NCBI GenBank assembly: GCA_044892525.1
Contig: CM097886.1
Location: forward strand, 82,584,001 to 82,648,000
DNA length: 64,000 nt
From: Schmidtea polychroa
Lineage: Eukaryota
Direction: 5' to 3'
Positions 50,801 to 61,089 of the stretch are shown piece after piece. The notes below the pieces were generated by a model. The model saw nothing but the letters and a program-made list of their open reading frames with translations. It searched no databases and was not told the origin of the DNA. Numbering within the stretch: the first letter of the stretch is position 1; each line of letters starts with the position of its first letter. Both the position numbers and the translations under genes were made by a program.

Positions 50801-53503
50801 ACACTTGTTGGATGAATACTATCAATTATCTTATCTTCATCAGTTTCTTCTTCACTTTAGTGTTTAACCATTACTCGATTGTGCACTTTTTAATTTTTGG
50901 CGTAGGAGAGCATAAAATAGAAACTTTGCCCCTGGGGGCCAATTTCATTACATCGATGACTTATGCGATCAATTTTATACAGCTAGAGACAATAAGAAAT
51001 TTAGCAGTATATAAAACCTGAGGCGATAGTTATTTAATTAATCTTTACATATTCAAATGATATTAGAAAATAATCTATAGAAGAAAGAATGTCAGGAAAA
51101 GTCATGTTAATTTAAAAAGTGTATTGAAATACGGTACATTGCGACAAATTACAAACAAAGCAAATGTTCAATCTCAAAACGAAAACTTTGAAATATTCAG
51201 AAATCTTGCTAATGAAGGAGATTCAGAAATGAAAGATAAAATTAATAAATTAGACTGGGAAACAGAAATATCAATTTTTGATATAGAATTAGATCAGGTG
51301 AGAACACATCAGCTATTCCGATAAGCCGATTTTAAGTATTTATAATTATTAAAAAAATAATCTAATTGATAATTAAGAATGCAATAAATTCTTTAATCTA
51401 AGAGTTCTCATCTAAATAAAATGAAAAATTAAGAACAAACCAATTTTTATATATTATCTCCTTGATTGTCAGTCTCGTCAATACATTTAGGAGCATCTCG
51501 AGTCTCAGCAATTTTCTCTAGGATGACTTCAAGTCAAATTTTGATAGTCATTGTAATTTGCGTTGACTTTTATAGTAAAATAATTCACGCACATCAACTT
51601 TCTTCAATAACATAATGATATCAAATAATTTAATTTTAGAGTTAAAAGTGTTAGAATTTGCAGGTTTGATTTTGTATCCCAGATCTATTTTATCCCAATA
51701 ATTCAAAAATAGGAAGAATTTATCGTCACCGAATCAATCAAAATTTGAAAGGTTCCATAATCGAGTTTATGAACTTATTTTTCATTTATAAACCAGTACC
51801 AACAATCTGAATCGTTGTATTGGCTGAGGATCTTTGAGATTGCTTAAATTTTTTCATATACCGTATTTTTAGGACCATAAGGCGCACTTAAAATCCTTTC
51901 ATATTCTCAAAAATCGTCAGTGCGCCTAATGTATGGTTGTGCTTTCTGGCTTTCTGACCTAGAACCGATTTTACACCTATATCCGAAATAAAAAAGTTTC
52001 TATAATCTAAAAAAAGATGAAGAATTTGATGGACGTTTGGTAAAGGAATAGAATAAACCAAAAAAGTCTATTGTTTTGTATTTTATGTGTGTAACACTGA
52101 ACAATGTTGAGAGTTATTGTGAATGAGTTGAATAAAGTTTGACTTATTTTTTCTTTAAAATAATTATTTTAATATTTATTATATAAAATCTTTTTATCTA
52201 ATTTGATATTTAGTTTGATTATTTATTTTAATGCTCGTTGATAATTATGACCAAATATCCTCATAGTGCCAATGTATTTGATATCATGCAAGTGAATTTT
52301 AAAGCATTTTCCCCTAGATAAAATTTTTCCTATGCTAATAGGCATGCTATAAAATAACTAGTAAATTATTGCAGTTATTTTTGTATTAGCTTCATTTTAC
52401 TGAATTTATATTTAAATTTGACAATAAATATTTCTAAATTTTATTTAATTCATAGGGTGTTGTTGTGATTTGTTTCCAGCTTTCTCTTGATGTTTTTTAT
52501 TTAATTGAATTAGCTGGATTTGCATTTACAGTTATTTTTGCAATGGCTACTTGTTCTTTGCTTTATATTCGTCACGTAACTCCTGATGCAAAATCAAAAT
52601 TTCGGGTATTATTATGTTTTATATTTTTTTGGTTGTTAATTTCGATTTTAGTTAAACATAATAATTCCGATCACATTTTTAATTGTTGACGTTTTTATTG
52701 CTGCCTTAGCACTATACCAACAACCCAAAGAATCACTTATTGGTATAGGAATTATGATTTTAGGAGTTCCAATATACCTCCTAGGAGTTTCTTGGAAAGA
52801 TAAACCGAAATCGTTCAATACTTTTACAGGTTATTTATTTTTTAACTATTTTTCAAACTATATATTTAAAATTATTTTATCGAAATTTCGATTTTTAATC
52901 AGAAAAATTCAATTATTTTTTTGTCATTCATTTTGAAAAAAATTATTTAATTAAGTTTTATTGAACAACGTTTCTTAAACAACTTCAATTATATGCTTTA
53001 TTTTTTCAATTATATACCTAATTAGATTACAATTTTTGGTGATGCGGGTGACTTATTTATATGCGGGTAAGCATATTTTGTAAGATATTCAATCAATTAA
53101 TATAAATTTGACAATAAAGTGCAAAAATTGGGTTACAGAGTCACATGGGTCGATCCCGATTAGAGTCATATAAGCTCGAAATTAATATGGTATAAAGAAT
53201 CACATAGCATGCCACATTTTCATTTCAAACTGCCCCTGTCTCTTTAACTAAAAAAATTTATTTATTTATCTACTTATAATAATAGATAAGTATAAAAATT
53301 ATTTATAAATTTAATTTTTTAATAGCGCTAAATAAATACAGACAAACTGACAACGGAAATTTTATTATTTAATTTCGACTTCATAAGCATATGTATTTTG
53401 AAAAAATCTAAAACTCTATGATCACTCAATTAAATTAAAAATCAATATCGGTATTGAAAAATTCAATATAATCTAAAATTATGCAGCGGTTCACATGGTT
53501 TAA

Positions 53504-53561
<58 letters not shown>

Positions 53562-56500
53562 AATGTAAAATACTCCATTTTTTTATTGTTAAATTCTAGG
53601 CAATACTACATTGCGCCTCATTACAACGTGCGTGAATTCGCGATGTAACGGCCAAATACAAACTTTCAATTTTATAGTGTATGTAATATAATATTAGAAT
53701 TATTTTTTATGCTTAATGCATTATTATTAGTTTCAAATTTTTGTAGTTTCAAAATTCGAATCGACTGAATGAAAAAATTGAGAATCACAGAATAAACAAT
53801 AAAATCTAAACACGAAATTTATTTTGCAGTTTGATTAAATAAGTTATTATTGAAAATATTTAGCAAATTTTCTTTTACTCATCAAATTAATTTATGAATG
53901 TCAGTAACAACAAAATAAGAACCTGAACTATTGTTAAGGATACCTAAATAGTAAATAATATTATAAACAATTAGAATAACTTGGCGCAAAACCGATAGGG
54001 TGATCGAAATAGCATTCTGAAACTTGGAGAAATGAGGAAGGAATAACAAAACAAAAGAAATTCAACAATAAAGCTTAGAAAGGTCACTTATAATTAATAA
54101 GTGCAAGAAATCAAAGAGGAATTCCAAAATTGGAAAACAAAATCGGCATTTTCGAAATTTCAGATATAACATGGGAAATAGAAAAAAGTATAGAAAATGC
54201 AAAAAGCAGAAATGGAAAAAAATGACAAATTATCATGAGTGTCGAACTGTCAGTGACAATACAGGAGTTGTACAAATTATGGAGAGACTGGAATAAAAAA
54301 TGAATTATCACAAGTGTCGGGCAAGTGCGGAATATAAAAGCAAAAGTCTTCTTAATAGAATCAGAAGTAGTGGTCGAGGGAAAATTAAAAGATAGTCGAG
54401 AAATAATTTGGAATTAAACAATAGAGAAATTTGATAATTGATAAGAAGATAAAATATTGGAAATAAACGGTGCGCTAAAATTGAGTTCAATAAGAAAGGT
54501 TTAAAGTATACTAAATAAATTCAAGTCAAAGCAAAGGAAATTCAATTCAATTTACACTCAGTCAGATCAGCGGCTGGTGATTGCTCAGTAATTGGGAATC
54601 ATACGAGTATAGCTATTCCTCACGTTGTGTTCGTAATAAGCTCTGTGTAATTACCTATTAGAGTATTGAATCGACCGTGTTGTTATAATTCATATAATCA
54701 ATTGTGATAATCAATAAAGGTTTATATTGTCTCAGAATTGTTATTGTGTGGATCAAATAAAGCACGCTTTGGAGTCAGAGGTTTGATTGGTAACTTTTAA
54801 ATATTACCACTAACCCAATAACCCAACACTATTATTAATATTGGATAATATTTTTGTCATTACAAATTTTTACATCCAAAGCCAATTAAAAAAAGTTGAA
54901 AGATGATGTTATAATAAGATATAATTCCGTAATCTGCAACATTCATTTGTGACTTTTGATGATTTACTTTGATCGATTTGTTCAGTTTCTTCAACTTCAG
55001 CAACTGTTTCTAATGATTCAACTTCTTAAGTGATTTCATTAGACACGTTTGAATTGAATTTTAAATTTCGGAAAGTAAATTAATGTGTGAGGAAAATTTG
55101 CGTGTGAATTAACATTTTGATAAGATAGTAGCAGATAATATATAATTTATCTAATAGATATCTAATAGATAACTATCAAAAATCAATTAAAAAATGTCAG
55201 AATTATAAATAATTAAAATAAGTTCTTAATATCCTAATGCAGCATGAAATTGTACAAGCGTTTACATTAGTTGAAAACGCGATAAGTTTTTGGGAAGCGA
55301 AGGGAGTTATTTCTAGGCTCAAGAATTGTGATAAGTGTGAGATAGCTTTAAAACGCGTACCCTACACTCGTAACTCCGATAAAATAGCGTGGAGATGCAT
55401 GCACAAACTATGTGCGAATTACAAAAAATATTTTTCTATAAGAATTGGAAAATCTTTTGATAGTTTTAAAAATCAACTTAACGAGCTACAAAAAATCTGT
55501 TCAACCTTATTTTTTATTTTGTTCTATTATTCTTTAATTATCTTTTAATTATATCAGGGGGAAAATTTGCGTTTTGACTCAACAAATATACTTTATTTAC
55601 TTTTTATGTAATTTTTAAAATTTAATATCAATTTAATAATAATAAATTTTGTATGATAATTATGATATTGTGACCGGCACAGACGCCGGTATTCTATTGA
55701 AGAGTAGCATATGATAATCCTATATAGAAAAACTTCAATGTCAGATGGAAATCATTCTATAGAAACCTGAGATAGCACGCAAAATTGACATTAATAATAA
55801 CGATCACAGATCTTCAAAATAGCAATCAATAACACTTTTAAATTGAATAAAATGTAATCAAGACTGGCAAAATATTAAACCCATATTAAAATTGTATGGA
55901 AAATGATCAATATACAAGGCGATTATTCCAACTATATAAAGGAGCTCAAATTCAGAAACAATCGGCGTTTCGCCTCAAGTAGGAAAGAAGAAATCGACAG
56001 TAGGACTAAAAAAAGAAAGTTGAAGATAAAATTTGCGGAAAAGGGAATAAAAAAACCAAGTTAGGTCAAAGGAGTAAAGAAAAGATGTTATTTTTGTTGC
56101 AGAACGTGTAGAACCAACACGGTTAGATTGAGACATTGAATAGTCAGAATAAGCATTTTATTGCGACATTAAGAGTTTTGTAAATTGTAGATTATACAAA
56201 TTCGATTAAAAATATACGCTGAGTGTTGTTTAGCTAATTGCTTTTACAGAACACGTGGAGTTAGAAACACAGACGTTAATATTTATTTTATTAAAAACTC
56301 AACAATTTTCATCATCTTTATTTTTCTCGTTTATATAAAACTATAATGATCAATATTGAAAGTCTTTCGATTTGAATTGTAGTTTAATAAATGACTACTT
56401 ACCAGAAACCATTTCGAAGAATAATTAAAAAGTTAAATTTATAATATATAACTTTAATTTCATCATAGAAGTACAAATTATTTAATGAAATAATTTATTT

Positions 56501-56624
56501 TTAATGTTTTTTGGATTTTTTTTTAGAAAATTTGACTGTATGGGCTCAAAAGTTATTGTTAGTTGTTCCAGCAGATGTTGAAGATGATAAAAATCCAGGA
56601 AATATCAAAACAAATGGATTTTAA
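29810..56624 (+). CDS. SLC7-family (LAT/y+LAT-like) heterodimeric amino-acid transporter light chain, 10 exons
   Basis: Exons 29810-30257, 30305-30430, 33858-33957, 34005-34049, 38536-38671, 46452-46555, 47019-47115, 52456-52605, 52652-52829, 56527-56624. All junctions are GT-AG and phase-compatible. Motifs: IIGSGIFVSP, YAELG, SGGEYIYI, KPLFLEC (Cys at the position that bonds to the SLC3 heavy chain), FAGWNYLNFLTEEMKNP, FGSMNG, QKLLLVVP. The paralog is not resolved. Confidence 0.93.
32090..32650 (+). pseudogene. hAT (Buster-like) transposase C-terminal remnant
   Basis: LSFQ...KLNAFKEKLHLW and TIYLYESRFS...KTRNRLD-like motifs, broken by stops and frameshifts. Confidence 0.6.
32939..33072. repeat. 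Palindromic (foldback) MITE
   Basis: ~40-bp perfect arms (32939-32978, 33033-33072) plus inner arms TTTGATACTCAC / GTGAGTATCAAA. Confidence 0.85.
33130..33330 (+). pseudogene. Gypsy integrase C-terminal fragment
   Basis: IPKSIKDCEFVYMRKDARKSLEAPYTGPFRVLEKQPKYFKL (GPY/F module), followed by a short purine tract. Confidence 0.7.
34989..35080. repeat. Palindromic MITE, diverged copy
   Basis: GTATTTATTAAAAAGCTT...AAGCTTTTTAATAAATAC with inner ATGAATCAGT / ACTGATTCAT. Confidence 0.65.
36662..37900 (-). mobile_element. Decayed hAT element (ZMYM1-like transposase remnant)
   Basis: Terminus CAGTGGCGTCACTAGG at 36662. Minus strand reads VVSCERSFTKLKFIKNYLQST (~37080-37140) and RPRFKKRMTGE. The other end is not defined. 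Confidence 0.65.
37923..38134. mobile_element. Possible piggyBac-type MITE
   Basis: CCGTTTGCGGACGG / CCGTCCGCAAATGG inverted ends with TTAA-like flanks. Confidence 0.5.
39274..40100 (-). mobile_element. Solo-LTR-like element
   Basis: TGTTGGG...CCCCAACA; 4-bp TSD ACGG (39270-39273, 40101-40104). Confidence 0.88.
40537..40920 (-). mobile_element. Partial solo-LTR-like element
   Basis: TGTTGGG at 40537 and CTCTGACTCC motif; the other end was not found. Confidence 0.55.
41145..42086 (-). mobile_element. Solo-LTR-like element
   Basis: TGTTGG...CCTCAACA; 4-bp TSD TATT (41141-41144, 42087-42090). Visibly homologous to 49046-49949. Confidence 0.88.
43103..45565 (+). mobile_element. Mutator/MULE DNA transposon in an SLC7 intron
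   Basis: 9-bp TSD TAAATATAA (43094-43102, 45566-45574). Subterminal arrays of TGC(T/A)AACTAT / TGCACACTAT motifs in opposite orientation at the two ends. Confidence 0.88.
43361..45137 (+). pseudogene. MULE transposase with SWIM finger; one nonsense codon and one frameshift
   Basis: HADVTYK, LISDAS, CWAH, TNNALEAYN, CNC...CKH, KRKRGRP. TAG at 44510-44512 with the frame continuing EFVEYF; frameshift near 44865. Confidence 0.88.
46020..46330 (+). pseudogene. Possible piggyBac transposase remnant
   Basis: KAYVPNENMSIGD resembles the YxPxExxSIDE motif; nothing else is intact. Confidence 0.35.
48000..48950 (+). pseudogene. hAT transposase remnant
   Basis: SETRWSVRIEA (~48080-48110) and SKSSFKKLKLI (dimerisation-domain-like, ~48880-48915). 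Confidence 0.6.
49046..49949 (+). mobile_element. Solo-LTR-like element
   Basis: TGTTGAGG...CCCAACA; 4-bp TSD ATAC (49042-49045, 49950-49953); AATAAA at ~49853; TTGGAGTCAGAG at ~49901. Confidence 0.88.
49991..50629 (+). mobile_element. Probable solo-LTR-like element (left boundary uncertain)
   Basis: 3' end GGATTCAGAG...AACCCAACA at 50629. GAAC flanks both sides, but the 5' TG is absent. Confidence 0.5.
53509..53558. repeat. (AT)n microsatellite
   Basis: About 25 AT units. Confidence 0.95.
53932..54828 (+). mobile_element. Solo-LTR-like element
   Basis: TGTTAAGG...CCCAACA; 4-bp TSD CTAT (53928-53931, 54829-54832); AATAAA at ~54713; TTTGGAGTCAGAG motif. Confidence 0.88.
55237..56050 (+). 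pseudogene. Merlin/IS1016-like transposase remnant
   Basis: CDKC...AWRC...C...SIRIG N-terminal zinc ribbon in ORF 55237-55548; downstream ELKFRNN-like tail; disrupted. Confidence 0.55.
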
Positions 56625-57129
56625 TAATTATTGTATAAATCATTTTTAAATTTGGTAAATGTTTAGTTTTAATAGCATGAAAATGAAATAAAATTTTATA
56701 CATTTTTCTCTTTTGTATTTGATGTCAACTAATTGATTACTGCTAAACACTGCAAATTGCAAATCACCATATAAAAGGTATCAGACAAGGAGTATTTTTT
56801 TTATAATTTTGATAATCCAATCTTGATCCCCATTGGCGATCAGCAGATTTTTCCAACAAAGGAATTCCACTGGCTTTAATTAATAACATAGTGATAAAAA
56901 TTGGACTAATTAAAGCAATTGATCTTTCTTGAAATGATGTTAGGTGAGACCAAGAGCTTAAATACATTCCAGACCATAGTAATATTTCTCCAAAATAATT
57001 TGGATGACGACAATATTTCCATAATCCTGTATGTATATATTCGCCCTAAAGATAAATTTGCTATCAAATTTTGTAAATTTCACAATTTTTAAGATTTTAT
57101 AATTTATAAAAAAATATTAAAAATCAATA

Positions 57130-57530
57130 AATTTTGTTGATAGGGTAGACAGAAGGATATTCAACCCCGCTTTCCGAAGAAAGAAGACCATGTTCGGAAG
57201 AACATACGTATGTGAACAGCATTTTTGTAATAAACAAAAACAAAACTCGCCTTCACTAGAAACTTTCTAGTAAGCACCTTAATTCAATACTGAAGGTTGC
57301 TAGAGCACAGTCATTGGTGCAAAACTTTGATTAACTTGTTAATAGCAAGAGGTACCAAGCGTCTGGAGGCAACAGTAGTAGGCATTTGTGAAATAATAAA
57401 TAAAAATATATACATCCGATAACCTGAGTAAATTAACTTTCTTTATCAATATGTGTATCAGAAAATTATACTATGCGGCCCACACTTATAGTAAATGGGG
57501 CCCTCTGTATCAACTGAGTTTGACACCCCT
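57130..57530 (+). mobile_element. 3' end of a hAT (SPIN/GTF2IRD2-like) element
   Basis: MFGRTYVCEQ motif (~57190-57220) and terminus ...GTTTGACACCCCT at ~57530. Confidence 0.55.
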
Positions 57531-59365
57531 TTTAATCTCCATTCAAATTAATAAGAATTTTTTAATAAAATCTAGTAAATAATTTATTTAGATTGAATAA
57601 ATAAATTTTAATAATTACTTAAAGGTTAACTTATCACACATAAACTCAATTTGAATGACTGATTGCTCATATTATTCAGAAACTTCAGTATAAATTCATT
57701 TAAAAATTATCAAAATCGTCAATCTACGTTAGAAATACCTAAATAAAATTCCCTAATGATAACATCGAATAAACCAGTTCTCTGAATAAATTACTCTAAG
57801 TGACAATACAGATCGAATGATTACGTACCACTAAAATGATCTAAAAAGCATCAAATTTCTCTAAAATATTTATCCGTTTTGAAAGATTGGTATTTTAGAG
57901 ATTATTCTCCTCTTAATATCAAACCAATAAGATTCATTAAAATCCCATTAAATTACAACATCTCTCCCTTTAACTTTGATCTATTATCTAAATATCACAA
58001 ATATTTCACTATAAAACATCTAAAATCAAGAAAATTATATATTGATCATTAACCCGAAATAATTTATAAAATCTATTGAAACCCATTCAAGTTCAATAAA
58101 ATCAGTTATAATTAAAAATAATTAAATCTTTGTTCTAACGCCAAATCAGTCTCATAGATTCAAAACACGTTAAATCAATTGGTCCTTAATATTTTAGTAC
58201 ATCTCATTGATTCTATTTTTAACTGTGTCGTTTGAAAGCGGGATTAAGTTAAGGTCTTGGGCAGCTTTGCTTCCTATCATTGTTGAGACTATTGCTTTAG
58301 CAGCTGGAAGAATTTAATTTTCAGCGATAATGTGGGGTTTTCCAGATTTGGCTACTAGGAGAGACAATTGAAATGACGCATGTATCGCTTATTCATCATT
58401 ACTTCCTGTGACGGTTTTTTAATCAATTTTTGGCTTGTTTGTAGTTCATGTAATTTCATTTTAAAATATTCAATCGGTTTGTTTACATAATCCTTATGTT
58501 TCGATTCTAAATGTCGGCGAAGTTTTGCTGGTTTCATCGATTCGTTGGACAAATGGCAGTGACAAAGAACACAAAGAGGTTGCTCCACATTTTCAAATAA
58601 TGTAAATCCCAATGATAAGTATTCGGCAGAATATTTTCGAGTTTTGCACATCAGTGTCTTCTTCGCCTTGGAACATGATGGGATATCATGTTCATCAGAA
58701 TCAGAATCGTCTCGTTTGCCGTTTTTGCGCTTTGGTAACTTACCGAATTTCAACCATTGATCCATAATTATTAGGAAAACATAAAATTATAATTAACTAA
58801 TAACTACCGTATTTTCGCGCATATAACCCGCATACGCGCATAACTCGCACATGCGTATACCCTGCACAAATTACAAAATAAGTAAAAACAAAATTTTACG
58901 ACCCGCACCCTTATATACCCCGCATGTGCAAAGTGATACTTGCCGTAAACTACCAGTACATAAGGTTGTTGCTGATCAGACGTCTGTCCCTCGAGACGCA
59001 ATCGTGCTGCAGTTGTTGTTCCAACAAGCGATACATGGAGTGCAACACGCGTGTGAAATACGATACGAGCCTACGTCGTATCTGTAGTATATTGTTTTGA
59101 CAGAAAGTCGTTGACCTAGTTATCTGGTGATGGTAGGAGAAAGATTTGCTGCAGCAGCTGAGCTGGGCCCTACGATTGGCCTGATTGTGCATTGGCTGGT
59201 GCTCGGCCTTATTGTGTAGGCTATTAATTCCTGGGGTAATCAGCAGCACGGGTATTCTTGTAGTTTGAACTTCGTAGCGTATAGTGTGCAGCACGTGCAA
59301 TTAAAGTGTATAACAAAAGTGTATAAATTCTAATCAGTACTCAGTAAAGTCTTTTAAGCCTAAAA

Positions 59366-60724
59366 ATGCCAAAGCGTAATTCATATACAGCCGATTTTAA
59401 GCTGCAAGTTTGTGCAGTTGCTGCTACAAAGGGCAATAGAGCTGCTGGAAGACAGTATGACGTTGATGAAAAGTCAGTTCGCGAATGGCGAAAAGACATT
59501 GAAAGTCTACAGCAAATTAATCCCCGCAAAAGAGCTCGTCGAGGGGGAAAGGTTAGAAGGCCACAGCTGGAGACAAACCTCGCAGCATGGGTTCGCTCTC
59601 AGCGTGAAAACAACAGGGCAGTGTCAACTGTTGGTATCAAACTGAAGGCGAAAATAATGGCTGCTGAAATGAAGATGGATAATTTCACTGGTAGCAACAA
59701 CTGGGTTTTTAAATTCATGACACGTAATCAGCTGTCGGTTCGTGCACGGACAACTGTTGGCCAGAAACTACCAGAGAATTGGGAAGTGAAAGTTAACGAC
59801 TTTCAGGAATTTGTTAGAAAGGATATCGTTGAACAGAATTTAAATCCTTCTGCTGTCTATAATATGGATGAGGTACCCATGTCTTTTCATATTCCGGCAA
59901 CTCGCACTGTAGCGGAAAGTGGTTGTAAAACGGTTGCTATTACCACAACTGGACATGAACGCACCTGCTTCACGGTTGTCCTGGCGTGCTCAGCTGCCGG
60001 TGAGAAGTTGAAACCATTGATTATATTCAAAAGAGTGACAATGCCACGTGAGAAACTGCCTCAGGGAGCAATCGTACTGTGCAACAAAAAAGGATGGATG
60101 AGCACGGACGTGATGAAAGAGTGGACTGAACGATGCTTTCGTGCTAGACAGGGTGGATTCTTTCTGCCAAAGTCGTTGTTGATTTTTGATGCAATGGCTG
60201 CACACAAAGAGCCGTCTGTTCACAAACAGATCAATAAGACCGGTGCGCACATTGCTGTCATTCCGGGTGGATTAACATGTAAGCTTCAGCCACTTGACAT
60301 CGCTGTTAATCATCCATTCAAGTGTTTTGTCCGCAACGAATGGGAGAAATGGATGAGTGAAGGAGAACACATTTTCACACCATCAGGAAAGCAGAGACGT
60401 GCTACGTACATTGAAGTATGCAAATGGGTTCTGGCAGCGTGGCAGCAAATCAGCACTGAAACTATTCGCAATGGTTTCAAGAAGGCTGGCCTGCTAACAG
60501 TTAGTGAAGCTAATTCAGAGCCAGCAGTAGAGGGCAGCTTCATTTCGGCCGACAATGTGAACGCTGATACTGACGATGATGATAGTGATGAAGAGTCGAT
60601 TTATGACCCAACTACTGTTGCCAACATGCTTCGCTTATTTGAAGAAGACAGTGAATATGATACGAGTTTCGATGGCTTCACTAACTATAGCGAGGACAGT
60701 GACATTAGTGAGACTGGCGATTGA
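59366..60724 (+). CDS. Intact pogo transposase (HTH, CENP-B-type HTH, DD35D)
   Basis: 452 aa. NMDE, LIFDAMAAH and QPLD with 35 residues between the second and third Asp; acidic tail. Confidence 0.92.
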   Translation: MPKRNSYTADFKLQVCAVAATKGNRAAGRQYDVDEKSVREWRKDIESLQQINPRKRARRGGKVRRPQLETNLAAWVRSQRENNRAVSTVGIKLKAKIMAAEMKMDNFTGSNNWVFKFMTRNQLSVRARTTVGQKLPENWEVKVNDFQEFVRKDIVEQNLNPSAVYNMDEVPMSFHIPATRTVAESGCKTVAITTTGHERTCFTVVLACSAAGEKLKPLIIFKRVTMPREKLPQGAIVLCNKKGWMSTDVMKEWTERCFRARQGGFFLPKSLLIFDAMAAHKEPSVHKQINKTGAHIAVIPGGLTCKLQPLDIAVNHPFKCFVRNEWEKWMSEGEHIFTPSGKQRRATYIEVCKWVLAAWQQISTETIRNGFKKAGLLTVSEANSEPAVEGSFISADNVNADTDDDDSDEESIYDPTTVANMLRLFEEDSEYDTSFDGFTNYSEDSDISETGD

Positions 60725-61089
60725 TTGCGGCTGTATTGCATGCATTGTAGTCTATACGTTTCGACACTACTGGTATCGTCAAATTAGTTTAGTTGCTTAC
60801 CTACTTGTTACATTTGATTACTAGTATATTAAAGATTCTCTGCCGCATCGGTACTATTTGTTTTCTTCAGGTTTATAATGAGATGTTCATATAGCTTTCC
60901 AATGTACATTTCACAACCACACAGCGAACTATAGGAGGTATAAAGACCCACCGGTATGTCCATAGTTTCCGTTATGCTATGTTTATGAGTAAAATAAATT
61001 TTGTAAACCCCGCACCTTTGTATACCCCGCACAGCTGCCATTCGTTTGGAAAAACTTGTATAACCCGCGGGTTATATGCGCGAAAATAC

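Noticed and set aside
12633-54490. Hydrophobic or Phe-rich small ORFs (12633-12902, 28178-28444, 41643-42062, 49235-49453, 54111-54490)
   Set aside because: They arise from the pyrimidine-rich strand of solo-LTR-like repeats and are compositional artefacts rather than membrane proteins.
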